NCBI GenBank assembly: GCA_024637225.1
Contig: JAGXFP010000071.1
Coordinates: forward strand, 48,784-112,783
Source: Desulfobacterales bacterium
GTDB lineage: Bacteria; Desulfobacterota; Desulfobulbia; Desulfobulbales; JAGXFP01
Length of the DNA stretch: 64,000 nt
Direction: 5' to 3'
Position 1 is the first letter of the stretch; every line of letters begins with the position of its first letter. This document shows positions 1-11,157 of the stretch, piece after piece. The notes under the pieces were generated by a model that did not search any database, had not been told where the DNA came from, and was given only the letters and a program-made list of their open reading frames with translations. Made by a program: the position numbers and the translations under genes.

Positions 1-210
1 ACTGACTCGTCTTTATCTTTGAATGGGGTCATTAATCACGTTATTTCATAGAGATTATCGCCCGGCGCCAGCCGGAGTAATTGCATTGTAGGTCCTAAAA
101 AGGGTACAGTGTCAAGGAAAAAGAAAAACGGTTGCGCCGCGGCACAGGGAGTCGGCCTTTTTTCTGATCGTAAGTCTAGATTATAACATTAAACTCCGGA
201 TAAAACAGCT

Positions 211-921
211 ATGGATATCGATATCTCCAAGGTGATGACCCATGAGATCAGAAAGGAGATGGCGGAACGCTACTTCGGATTCCGCAAGCTGATCGAAGAG
301 GATAAAGAGGCCTTGGACCAGGCTATTCGCCGGCAATCCCTCACCATCGAACAGAGGGTTGGTATCGACCTGACCAGGATCTACATGATTCTCAGGGATA
401 GACGGCTGATCGACCGCTTTCTGGAGATTAGCGGCTTGGAAGAGGCGCTCTTCTATGACGATTACGTGATTGATTCCCCGACTATTCGGGCCAGGATATT
501 TGCCGGAATCAAGAGCAGGGGGTTGACCAGATCGGGGCGCTTCACCAAGCTCTTTCTGGGCTGTTACGAGTTGCTGGTCGAACATGTCGGGCAGTACAGG
601 GAAAAATTCGGTGAGCTCCTGGAGGAGCGGGAGTTGATTAACGAAGAGATCGAAGTCTTTTACCGGAAAAACGATATTAACACGATTCTCGCTTTCATGC
701 GCAGTCTGGACAGGCAGGGTGGGGAGGTCCTGGCCGCGCCGGTGCAGACCGGGGGCGCCGAGCTTCTGAAGAGTAAAATGGAGGTCCGGCCCCCGGGGCC
801 GGTGGAGCAACACCTGTCGGCCCTGCCGCCCCTGGTGCCGATGCCCAGGATAAGGGGTGAGCTGAAAAAGCTTGCGCAACAGGCCCTGAAAGGGCATCCT
901 GATGGTTTTTTGGTGAGCTGA
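211..921 (+). CDS. conserved hypothetical protein (236 aa)
   Basis: Longest ORF here. The opposite-strand ORFs 181-897 and 660-1178 look like GC-rich shadow frames (Pro/Arg/Gly-rich). I recognise no diagnostic motif. Confidence 0.55.
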   Translation: MDIDISKVMTHEIRKEMAERYFGFRKLIEEDKEALDQAIRRQSLTIEQRVGIDLTRIYMILRDRRLIDRFLEISGLEEALFYDDYVIDSPTIRARIFAGIKSRGLTRSGRFTKLFLGCYELLVEHVGQYREKFGELLEERELINEEIEVFYRKNDINTILAFMRSLDRQGGEVLAAPVQTGGAELLKSKMEVRPPGPVEQHLSALPPLVPMPRIRGELKKLAQQALKGHPDGFLVS

Positions 922-1072
922 ACCGAATTCCGGGGAAGCAACCTGCCATTGAACTGTTCAAGGCAGGAAATGCCGACAGGATTACACAATTCGGCAAGTT
1001 GAGTTTTGAAGAGAGTTTGAAAGGTTATCGAAAGGGGCCCGCGAGCGCGGCGCCCTTTCGGGGTTGAATTTG

Positions 1073-2032
1073 ATGAACGTGGATCCGAATTTTGCAAACC
1101 TGACCTTATCCATGCTGGCTCTGGCCGCCGGGCTGGTCTTGCTGGTGGTTGGCGGCGAGAGCCTGGTCTCCGGGGCATCCAAATTCGCCTTGCGGCACGG
1201 GATGCGGCCGATGGTGGTCGGCCTGACCATCGTCGCCTTCGGGACCTCCACCCCAGAGCTCTTCGTCAGCATCAATGCCGCCCTCCAGGACCATGTCGAT
1301 ATCATGATCGGCAATGTGGTCGGCAGCAATATCGCCAATATCGGGCTGGTCCTGGCCGTCTGCGCCCTGTTCCGGGGGCTGCCGGTAAGGTTCGAGGCCA
1401 TTCGCCGGGAACTTTTCCTGGCTCTGCTGGTCAGCGTTCTGGTCTTCCTGATAGCCTGGCACGGCGTCTTTTACCGGATCCTGGGCGCGCTCTTTGTCCT
1501 CGGGCTGATCTGGTATACGATCAGCGCCTGCCGGCAAAATAACGGGGGCACGGGGGATGACCCTCTCGCCGATGAGAAAGTTAAAAACGAGTCGCAGATC
1601 AAGATCTTCGCTCTGCAGATCGGTGGTCTGCTGCTCCTGGCCTATGGTTCCGGTCTCTTTATCGACGGCGCCGTGGATGTGGCCAGGCATCTCAAGGTCT
1701 CGGAACTGGTGGTCGGGCTTACCGTGGCCGCGATCGGCACCTCCCTGCCGGAGCTTGCTTCATCCTTGTCGGCGGTCAGGCGGAGGGAGAGCGATATCCT
1801 GGTCGGCAACATAGTCGGCAGCAACATGTTCAACCTGATGATGGTCATGGGCGGCACGGCGATGATCAACCCCTTCCGGATGGGCGGCGAGCTGTTGAGC
1901 AGGGATCTGCCGGTAATGATCCTTTTTGCCGCGGTCCTGGTGCCGGCCCTCTATTTCCGCCACCGCATCGATCGCCTAACCGGGTTGGCCATGCTGCTTG
2001 CCTATATCGGTTATGTTTATTGGCTGATCTAG
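1073..2032 (+). CDS. CaCA-family Na+/Ca2+ antiporter (YrbG-like)
   Basis: Polytopic membrane protein with the two alpha-repeat signatures GNVVGSNIANIGLVLA and GNIVGSNMFNLMMV. The ATG at 1073 is preferred over the TTG at 1064. Confidence 0.85.
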   Translation: MNVDPNFANLTLSMLALAAGLVLLVVGGESLVSGASKFALRHGMRPMVVGLTIVAFGTSTPELFVSINAALQDHVDIMIGNVVGSNIANIGLVLAVCALFRGLPVRFEAIRRELFLALLVSVLVFLIAWHGVFYRILGALFVLGLIWYTISACRQNNGGTGDDPLADEKVKNESQIKIFALQIGGLLLLAYGSGLFIDGAVDVARHLKVSELVVGLTVAAIGTSLPELASSLSAVRRRESDILVGNIVGSNMFNLMMVMGGTAMINPFRMGGELLSRDLPVMILFAAVLVPALYFRHRIDRLTGLAMLLAYIGYVYWLI

Positions 2033-2106
2033 TGTCATGTCAACTCCGATCCGCCGCATCTTTCAGCCCTTTTTCGTGCCTGCTGCGTTACGGATTGAGT
2101 TCCCCC

Positions 2107-2143
2107 TGCATCTGCACCGTTCTCGAACGCTCACGGATTCAGG
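2107..2143 (-). repeat. 37-nt repeat, inverted copy of 12615-12651
   Basis: TGCATCTGCACCGTTCTCGAACGCTCACGGATTCAGG is the reverse complement of 12615-12651 with one mismatch. It lies 32 nt upstream of the aldolase/SDR start. Confidence 0.8.
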
Positions 2144-2174
2144 TTAATCAAAGAAGAGAAGGAGTTCCAACAAG

Positions 2175-4258
2175 ATGGAAAACCGTTACGATCACAGCGA
2201 GGCCCAGCGCTATATCGAAAAATATTCGGAGTATCCGGCCGATCTGGCCTTGCGGGTCTATACCTCAAGATTGATCGGGGCGGAAGCGGATCTCGTCCTC
2301 CACGGCGGCGGCAACACCTCGGTCAAAACCGCGATGACCGACATCCTTGGCGATGAACTGGGGGTGATCTGCGTCAAGGGCAGCGGCTGGGACCTCGGTG
2401 ATATCGAACCGCCGGGCCTGCCTGCCCTTGATCTTGCCTATCTGAAAAAACTTCGGGCCTTACAGGATCTCGGCGATGAAGAGATGGTCAACCAGTTCCG
2501 GACCCATCTCCTCGAGGCCTCGGCGCCGACCCCGTCCATCGAGACCCTGGTCCACGCCTTTCTGCCCCCGAAATTTATTGACCACACCCATGCCGATGCC
2601 ATCGTCACCCTGACCAATCAGCCCGATGCGGAGCGGCTTCTGGGCGAGGCCCTGGGCGAGCGGATCGCCGTCCTGCCCTTCATCATGCCGGGCTTTCCCC
2701 TCGCTCTGGCCATGGCCGAGCTTTATGAAAAAAACCCGGCAGTCGAGGCGATCATCCTGATGAATCACGGTATCTTTACCTTCGGGGATGAGGCCGGGAC
2801 CGCCTATGGGCGGATGATCGATTATGTGAGCCGGGCCGAGGCGTATATCGCCGCAAGGGTTATGCCGGTCGAGGCGGAATCCGTTTCTGCCCCCGACGGA
2901 AGCGTGGTCTTGCCGTTGTTGCGCGGCGCCCTGAGCCGGATCGACGGCGGCCCAACTCCGAGGCATTGCCTTTTCGACCTGCGCGAGGAGGCCGGGCTGC
3001 TGGCCGCCCTGGCCCGGCCCGATGCCGAAGAGCTTCTGGTCACCGGGGTGTTGACGCCCGATCACGTGATCCGCACCAAGAACTATCCCCTCTTTCTCGA
3101 CTTCGGCGCTCTTGCTGATGAGGCAGGGATCGGGGCTTTGATTAACACCGCTGTGGATGATTACCACCAACGCTATGTCAGCTATTTCGAAACCCAGGTG
3201 GCGGCCAAAGGGGCCGACAAGATCCGGCTCGACGGGATGCCGCGGGTGATTCTGATCCGCGGCCTTGGAGTCATCGGGGTTGGCGCCACTCCGAAGGCGG
3301 CCGGGATCGCCGCCGATATCGCCGAACACACGGTCCGGGCCAAGGTCCGGGCCGCCGCGGTCGGCACATTTCGGGAGCTTGCGGAATCGTCAATTTTCGA
3401 TATGGAATACTGGAGCCTCGAGCAGGTCAAGCTCGGCAAGGGCTCTCCTCCCTCCCTCCAGGGCAGAACGGCACTGGTTACCGGCGGCGGCGGGGCCATC
3501 GCCATGGGGATCGGCCGGCAGCTCCTGAAAGCCGGGGCAGTGGTCTATCTCAGCGATATCAGCGAGGAACGCCTCAAGGTCGCCTGCGCCAAACTGGCCG
3601 AGCAGTTTGGCGGTCAGATGGTCCGGCCCCTGGTGATGGATGTTTGCGATGGCGTCTCGGTCGGCGCCGGCCTAGACTTAATCGTCAAGGAGAGCGGCGG
3701 TCTCGATATTCTGGTGCCGAATGCCGGGGTAGCCCATGTGGCCCGGCTTGAAGATCTGGCCGAGGAAAAGTTCGATCAGGTTATCGAGGTCAATCTCAAG
3801 GGCGTCTTTCAGGTGATCAAGGCGGCGACCCCGATCTTTCGCCGGCAGGGCATGGGCGGCAACATCGTCATCAACAGCTCCAAGAATGTCTTTGATCCCG
3901 GCGCGGCCTTCGGCGCCTACAGCTCCTCCAAGGCGGCGCCCATTAGCTTGGCAAGATTGCCGCCCTTGAACTGGCCGAAATCGGGGTCCGGGTCAATATG
4001 ATTAACGCCGATGCCATTTTTGACGACGAGGGCGTATCGTCGGGGCTCTGGGATGTGGTGGGCCCGGAGCGGATGAAGTCGCGCAACCTCGATCCCGAAG
4101 GCCTCAAGGAATATTACCGGCAGCGCAACCTGCTGAAGGCCGCGGTCAGCGCCGACGATGTCGGCCGGGCGGTGCTCTTTTTCGCCTCCGGACAGACCCC
4201 GACCACCGGCGCCACTTTGCCGGTGGACGGCGGGATTCCGGCGGCCTTTCCCCGCTGA
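2175..4258 (+). pseudogene. bifunctional class II aldolase / short-chain dehydrogenase (rhamnulose-1-phosphate aldolase/alcohol dehydrogenase-like), interrupted by a 1-nt frameshift
   Basis: N-terminal aldolase-like region (HGGGNTS). C-terminal SDR motifs are TGGGGAIAMG and YSSSK. After YSSSKAAPISLAR the frame yields nonsense (LPPLNWPKSGSGSI*). The other frame continues as IAALELAEIGVRVNMINADAIF...TTGATLPVDGG, which is ORF 3998-4258. Confidence 0.8.
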
Positions 4259-4383
4259 GCTTAAACGAAGCCGCCTGCTTCAACCGGTCCAGGAAACGGC
4301 CTTGCCGTTATTTTTTGCTGAAGAAGATCGGGGAGAATCAGGTATTCTGTTTATGGAAGTTTTTATGTTAAAAAATCAAAATT

Positions 4384-4525
4384 GACGAGTTTGCCAAAGT
4401 CGAAAATCGAGTCATTGCGCGCGTAGCGAAGCAATCCAGATAGATGTAACTAGCTGAGAATACTGGATTGTTTCGCCGCTTTGTTCTTCGCAATGACTTG
4501 GCAAATCATTTTTTACGAGTTTGTC
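4384..4525 (-). mobile_element. MITE-like palindromic repeat, family 2 (about 142 bp)
   Basis: Its reverse complement aligns along its length with 46424-46567. The shared core is GTCATTGCG..GCGA.GCAATCC / GGATTG..CGCAATGAC, with GA(C/T)GAGTTTGC-type ends. Confidence 0.75.
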
Positions 4526-4665
4526 AAAAAAAAAAGACCGATTCGACTAACGCAAATCAATGAGTTGAATGCCCCTGTCGGTTTCGCGGCTTGTCGAAGT
4601 CTCCTCGCCTTCGCTTACCTTCGGGAACGGCAAAATGAAAAGTTTTAAAACCTACGGGAACGATT

Positions 4666-5265
4666 ATGGCTGAGATCAGGAGTACCATGGAAATGGTGAT
4701 GGAAAGGGCGGCCCGGCTGGAGGCTGAGCAGAGTGGCTCCGACCTGCAGGGCGAGGATGAGGTCAAGGAAGGGATGCGGGCTGCGGCCGCCTTTATGCGG
4801 GAAGAAGAGAGCGACCTGGCTGCCGCCTTAGAGAGGTGCCGACCCGAGGCGCGAAGCAATTTCATCAAGGGGGTGGCCGAAGGATTGCTGCGAAATATCA
4901 TCCTGCCCCGGGAAGAGGACCAGCTCGACGATGCCGGGCAGGCCATGAACGGCCTGGTCCAGGTGGGTCGCAACCATCCGGATCTGCTGGCGATCTTCGG
5001 AGATCTGACCAAGATTCTCGATCAGTACCGCCAGCATCGCCAGCAGCTCAAGGAGCAGCTTGACGCCAATTTCGCTCAGCAGATGCCGCAGTTGGAGGCG
5101 GCCATGGCCCAGAAGACCGGGAGGATGATGAAACTGGAGCCCTCCCAGCATCCTAAATACCAGGAAGAGTGGCAGCGGGTTATGGATGACCTGAACGGTC
5201 AATACGGCAAGGCGGTCGAACAGCACAAGCAGATGGTCGTCAAGATCCTGACCTCGCTGGTTTAA
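4666..5265 (+). CDS. conserved hypothetical protein (199 aa, predicted helical, Glu/Gln-rich)
   Basis: Clean ORF. Its stop overlaps the next ATG (TAATG at 5263-5267). No motif recognised. Confidence 0.6.
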   Translation: MAEIRSTMEMVMERAARLEAEQSGSDLQGEDEVKEGMRAAAAFMREEESDLAAALERCRPEARSNFIKGVAEGLLRNIILPREEDQLDDAGQAMNGLVQVGRNHPDLLAIFGDLTKILDQYRQHRQQLKEQLDANFAQQMPQLEAAMAQKTGRMMKLEPSQHPKYQEEWQRVMDDLNGQYGKAVEQHKQMVVKILTSLV

Positions 5266-5474
5266 TGCGCCTCGAAATTCTCCTGGAACCGCCCGGTGAC
5301 GAGGCTGAAAAGATCATGCGGGAATGGCTTGACACCTTTTCCCTGACCCAGGGGACGGATAACCGGGTCGAGGCCGGCCCGGACGACACTTTCGAGCTGT
5401 TGGCCGAACTGCACAAGCGCTGTTACGAACGGGGGATGACCATCAATGTCAAATTTTACGGTAAAGGTGATTGA
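5265..5474 (+). CDS. small hypothetical protein (69 aa)
   Basis: It overlaps the upstream stop, and its own stop lies 5 nt before the aminopeptidase ATG. Codon style matches its neighbours. No homology recognised. Confidence 0.4.
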   Translation: MRLEILLEPPGDEAEKIMREWLDTFSLTQGTDNRVEAGPDDTFELLAELHKRCYERGMTINVKFYGKGD

Positions 5475-5478
5475 CTTT

Positions 5479-6570
5479 ATGGATCGTCTCGGCCGCTTAA
5501 AAAAAAATTTGCGCACCCGCGGACTTGACGCCCTCCTGGTCACCCAGCCCCAGAACCGCCATTATCTGAGCGGCTTTAGGGCTGGGGACATGAATATCAA
5601 CGAAAGTTCCGGCGCCCTGCTGATCCCCAGGCGCGGTCGGCCGCTACTGATGACCGATTTCCGCTATCAGCTGGAGGCCGAGGCGGAGGCGGCCGGTTTT
5701 GAGGTTCTGGTTTACAAGCGTGGGCTGCTCGATCTTCTGGAAAAAATCCTGGCCGGAAAGGGCATCAAAAGGCTGGCCTTCGAAAGTCATTATTTTTTAC
5801 ATCAGACCGCCGCCAAGCTGGTAAATCTGGCCAAAAAACTCGAAATCGAACCGGTGCCCGCCACCGGGCTGGTCGAAAGGCTGCGGCTCTGCAAGAGTCC
5901 GGCCGAGATTGAAAAGATCAGGGCGGCGGTTCTCTTGAACGAGCAGGTCTTTCAGGAGGTCTTCCAGACCCTGCGGGCCGGGATGAGCGAGCGGCAGGTG
6001 GCGATCCGGATCGAAACCCTGATGCGAGAGAAGGGCGCCGATGCTCCCGCTTTCGAAACCATCGTCGCTGGCGGCCCCAACGGCGCCAAGCCCCATGCCG
6101 TTCCCTCCGAACGGCTTCTGGGTAAAGGCGAGCCGATCGTGATGGATATGGGTCTGGTCCTCGATGGATATTGTTCGGACATGACCCGGACCGTGGTGCT
6201 TGGCGAAATGGACGAAACCAGCAGAGATATCTTCCGTCTGGTCCGCGCTGCCCAGCTGGCCGGGATCAAAATGATCCGGCCCGGAGTGACCGGGGCTGAG
6301 GTCGACCGGGCGGCCCGGCGGATTATCGCCGGGGCCGGTTATGGGAAAAGATTTGGGCACGGGCTTGGCCACGGGGTAGGACTGGCGGTTCACGAGGGGC
6401 CGGGCCTGAGCCCTCGCTATAAAAGAAAATTAAAAGCCGGAATGGTGGTGACGGTCGAACCGGGCATCTATCTCCCAGGCTGGGGCGGGGTCCGGCTGGA
6501 GAATATGGTGGCGGTCACCGAGGGGGGCTGCGAGGTATTGAATACCGACACCACTTTTCTCGAACTGTAA
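5479..6570 (+). CDS. M24-family Xaa-Pro aminopeptidase/dipeptidase
   Basis: Metal-ligand motifs of the pita-bread fold: DMGLVLDGYCSD, HGLGHGVGLAVHEGP, VEPGIY, VRLEN. The ATG at 5479 has an AAAGGTG RBS, so the track start at 5446 is probably too early. Confidence 0.9.
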   Translation: MDRLGRLKKNLRTRGLDALLVTQPQNRHYLSGFRAGDMNINESSGALLIPRRGRPLLMTDFRYQLEAEAEAAGFEVLVYKRGLLDLLEKILAGKGIKRLAFESHYFLHQTAAKLVNLAKKLEIEPVPATGLVERLRLCKSPAEIEKIRAAVLLNEQVFQEVFQTLRAGMSERQVAIRIETLMREKGADAPAFETIVAGGPNGAKPHAVPSERLLGKGEPIVMDMGLVLDGYCSDMTRTVVLGEMDETSRDIFRLVRAAQLAGIKMIRPGVTGAEVDRAARRIIAGAGYGKRFGHGLGHGVGLAVHEGPGLSPRYKRKLKAGMVVTVEPGIYLPGWGGVRLENMVAVTEGGCEVLNTDTTFLEL

Positions 6571-6822
6571 CCGCCTTGGATGATCCTGATAGCGCCTGCC
6601 GCTTTGAATAAGACAGAAATATTTGCTTTTTGCCCAATCATTTCGCCTCTTTTCTCCTCTCTGATCATATCTGTTGAACGTTCCCCTTCAAATGTTCTAG
6701 AATAAATAAATTATTTTTTTGCCGGAGCATTGCCTGGACAGCTGTTTATCCGGAGGAGCTCCAGCCGGAAGAAAAAATCGCCGGGAGTTTGCAGATGGAA
6801 TTCTTGCCCGATTGTGCAAAAG

Positions 6823-8040
6823 ATGACTGAGAATACACCTTCCCGGCATAACAGCAGGGAAATGTATGACGGAAAAATTCTTTCCGGACCTTATAGCTCC
6901 GGGCTCAAAGAAAGTCTTCTCTCCTCCATCGCCCACTTTAAGGCCCTTGAAGGGGCCGGCTCTCCGATAATCCCTTATATTGCCGCCTGGCTTCCGGAGG
7001 GAGGTGATATCTGGTATGAATACGCCGGGACCAGGTTGCGCGAATTGCTCGGATTCCGGACCACCGAAGTGGCGGGGGCGCTGCGGGACAATATCCTCAG
7101 CCGTTGTCTGTACCGGATCCAGGAAAAACCTCCCGGAATCGACAAAATCATTCGGGATAAGGAACAGATCACCCGATTGCGTAAAGTGATGCGGCGCGTG
7201 GCTGAGCGCGGCGGCGGCATTGACGCGGTTTATAAGTTCTCCGCGAACGGCCGCCCCTTGTGGCTCAAGGATCTGGCCAGAATCGAAATCCACGACCGGG
7301 ACCGGATCGTGCTTTCTTACGGGACCCTGATCGACGTCACCAAGGAGATGCAGTTGGAGGAGACTCTTTTCGAGGTTCAGCACGAACTGGAATTCCACAA
7401 GGTAAATCTGGAATCATTGGTGGAGGAACGGTCCAGGGAGCTGAGCAGGGCCCATCTGGATGTCCTGGCCCGCCTCACCCAGGCGACAGCCTTCCGGGAC
7501 GGCAGCACCGGCGCCCACATAAAAAGGTTAAGTCGGTATTGCGCGGTCCTCGGCGACTCATTCGGTTTGAGCAAAAGAGCCCTGGAAATCATCTTCCATG
7601 CCGTGCCCATGCACGATGTCGGCAAGATAGGAATAGCTGATGCGATTCTGCAGAAACAGGGGCCGCTTTCCCATGATGAATTCGAGATCATAAAAACCCA
7701 TTGTCGGGTGGGCTCGGATCTGCTTAGCAAAGGCAAATCCACCCTTTTAAAGGTGGCCCAGTCCATTGCCCTTAACCATCATGAAAGGTGGGATGGCTCC
7801 GGCTATCCGCAAGGGCTGGCGAGCCGGCAGATACCGCTGGCCAGCCGGATTACCTCGATATGCGATGTCTTTGATGCCCTGGCTTCGGAACGGCCGTACA
7901 AAAAGGCCTGGTCCTTCGAAGAGGCGGTGGAGGAAGTCTGGGATCTGCGGGGAAAATATTTTGATCCGGATCTGGTCGACCTTTTTATGAAAAATATCCC
8001 GCGGATAAGAAGGATCTACCGGGAAACCCCTGCGGGTTAG
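6823..8040 (+). CDS. HD-GYP domain protein (putative c-di-GMP phosphodiesterase) with an N-terminal PAS-like sensor region
   Basis: HDVGKIGI ... HHERWDGSGYPQGL motifs. The start is uncertain; the M at 6823 (MTENTPS) is preferred to 6730. Confidence 0.85.
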   Translation: MTENTPSRHNSREMYDGKILSGPYSSGLKESLLSSIAHFKALEGAGSPIIPYIAAWLPEGGDIWYEYAGTRLRELLGFRTTEVAGALRDNILSRCLYRIQEKPPGIDKIIRDKEQITRLRKVMRRVAERGGGIDAVYKFSANGRPLWLKDLARIEIHDRDRIVLSYGTLIDVTKEMQLEETLFEVQHELEFHKVNLESLVEERSRELSRAHLDVLARLTQATAFRDGSTGAHIKRLSRYCAVLGDSFGLSKRALEIIFHAVPMHDVGKIGIADAILQKQGPLSHDEFEIIKTHCRVGSDLLSKGKSTLLKVAQSIALNHHERWDGSGYPQGLASRQIPLASRITSICDVFDALASERPYKKAWSFEEAVEEVWDLRGKYFDPDLVDLFMKNIPRIRRIYRETPAG

Positions 8041-8164
8041 GCCACCAGTGTCTCTGAAAGCTCGGGGGGAGCGCGTTCTACCGAGCTTAAGGGCTGGGAT
8101 TGAAATGCTTTGTGTTTCGGTTACAGCCCTCGAAATTTGCGCACTTTGCTCTGACGATTTCCAA

Positions 8165-8201
8165 CCTGAAATGACTTGGAACATCCTGAAATGACTTGGA
8201 A
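8165..8201. repeat. tandem duplication of the 17-mer CCTGAAATGACTTGGAA (period 20 bp)
   Basis: Exact copies at 8165-8181 and 8185-8201. They lie inside a decayed MITE-like fragment (CTCGAAATTTGCGCACTTTGCTCTGACGATTT resembles the right half of the 127-bp element). Confidence 0.8.
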
Positions 8202-8548
8202 AATCAGTTTTGGCGAATTTAGTGGCTAGCCCTAGTTTTTCATGAGTTTGTAATTAAAAAGTCCCGGCGGACAAATCCGGCATGGTGTTTCTGGCCGATA
8301 ACGGATACCGGCCGGGGCTTTTGATCTTTGATTGCCCGTTTTTTTCACGGGTGGTTGCCCGTCGGCAGATCTTTTCGCCGTTAAGCCCCCTTTCGGGTTT
8401 GGCTTTTTCCTTGAGGGCGAGTACAATCCTCCAATTTTGAAATACTTTATAAATCATACCTGAATTCGTTCTCGGGCGCCCTTAGAGCCGAGTGAAATTT
8501 CCCACGGAGCCATTACGGATTCAGGTCATAGTCAACGGAGAATTACCA

Positions 8549-10382
<1,834 letters not shown>

Positions 10383-10403
10383 AAATAATCTGGAGGAATA
10401 AAA

Positions 10404-10754
10404 ATGACTAGTCTCGCCTGGGCGGCCGATGCGGCGCCCGCAACCGGTCCCGGAGGAATAGCTTCCTTTCTGCCGCTGATCCTTATTTTCGTGATTTTCT
10501 ACTTTCTGCTGATCAGGCCCCAGCAGAAGAAGGTCAAGGAGCATCAGGCTTTTGTGGCCGCCCTGAAAAAGGGTGACAAGGTCGTCACCAACGGCGGCAT
10601 CCACGGCGAGATCACCGGGATTACCGATACGGTGGTTACCCTGGAGATTGCCGATAACGTCAGAATCAAGGTTTCCCGCGCTCATATCGCCGGCGCCCAG
10701 GGTTCGACCATGGCCGTTGAAGGCGGCGGCGAGTCCTCCCAGGGCGGAGGTTGA
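10404..10754 (+). CDS. yajC: preprotein translocase subunit YajC
   Basis: Single TM segment followed by FLLIRPQQKKVKEHQAFVAALKKGDKVVTNGGIHGEI. It sits in the conserved tgt-yajC position. Confidence 0.9.
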   Translation: MTSLAWAADAAPATGPGGIASFLPLILIFVIFYFLLIRPQQKKVKEHQAFVAALKKGDKVVTNGGIHGEITGITDTVVTLEIADNVRIKVSRAHIAGAQGSTMAVEGGGESSQGGG

Positions 10755-10797
10755 GCGATCAATAAATAATTTCCATAGGTTATGGAATGCTGCGATG

Positions 10798-10830
10798 AAA
10801 AAGCCTGGGGCGGAAGCCCCCGGCTTTTTT
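10798..10830 (+). terminator. rho-independent terminator after yajC
   Basis: AGCCTGGGG-CGGAA-GCCCCCGGCT hairpin followed by TTTTTT. Confidence 0.75.
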
Positions 10831-10837
10831 AATTGGC

Positions 10838-10960
10838 GATGAAGTTGCGGAAAGGTAAAAAACCTTCCTGCGACAGGCTCAGCACGAAGGTTAAATCAGG
10901 TAAGTTATTCCGCTCACCCTGAGCCTTTCTAAGGCTTTTCTGGCTTGTTGCGAACGCATC
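10838..10960 (-). mobile_element. MITE-like repeat, family 3 (about 123 bp)
   Basis: Its reverse complement aligns with 46313-46423 (core CCTT.GA.AGGCTCAGG.TGAGCGGAATAACTT...TTCGTGC.GA.CCTGTCG). The ends resemble the GATG.G..CGCAA.AAG terminus. Confidence 0.7.
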
Positions 10961-10966
10961 AATTTT

Positions 10967-11157
10967 GATAAAATTCGCAAAAAGTCGAGATCGTCTTAAG
11001 TTATTTTGCCAACGTGGAAAAATCCAATAGGTTAAAGCTGAGCTGGCACGAAACTTATCCCCTGTGGGTGTAAGAACAAGATTTCTCACATGCGCTCGAA
11101 ATGACAGATGTTTTTCCCGAGGGCTAAATGGGTTCCCGGACTTTTTGCGACGCCATC
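10967..11157. mobile_element. MITE-like repeat (about 191 bp) with superfamily termini
   Basis: The left end GATAAAATTCGCAAAAAGTCGAG and right end CGGACTTTTTGCGACGCCATC are inverted relative to each other. The right terminus overlaps 2 nt of the U32 stop codon. Confidence 0.65.

Noticed and set aside
1030-1062. Hairpin CGAAAGGGGCCCGCG-AGC-GCGGCGCCCTTTCG after the first ORF, as a possible terminator
   Set aside because: The GC-rich stem has central mismatches and no following T-run, and it lies immediately before the antiporter start. Evidence is insufficient to call a terminator.
8232-8457. Small minus-strand ORFs (64 and 67 aa) and a possible ncRNA upstream of rph
   Set aside because: The ORFs overlap each other and lack start signals. 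I compared the region by eye with RNase P, SRP and 6S hallmarks and found no match. It is left unannotated.
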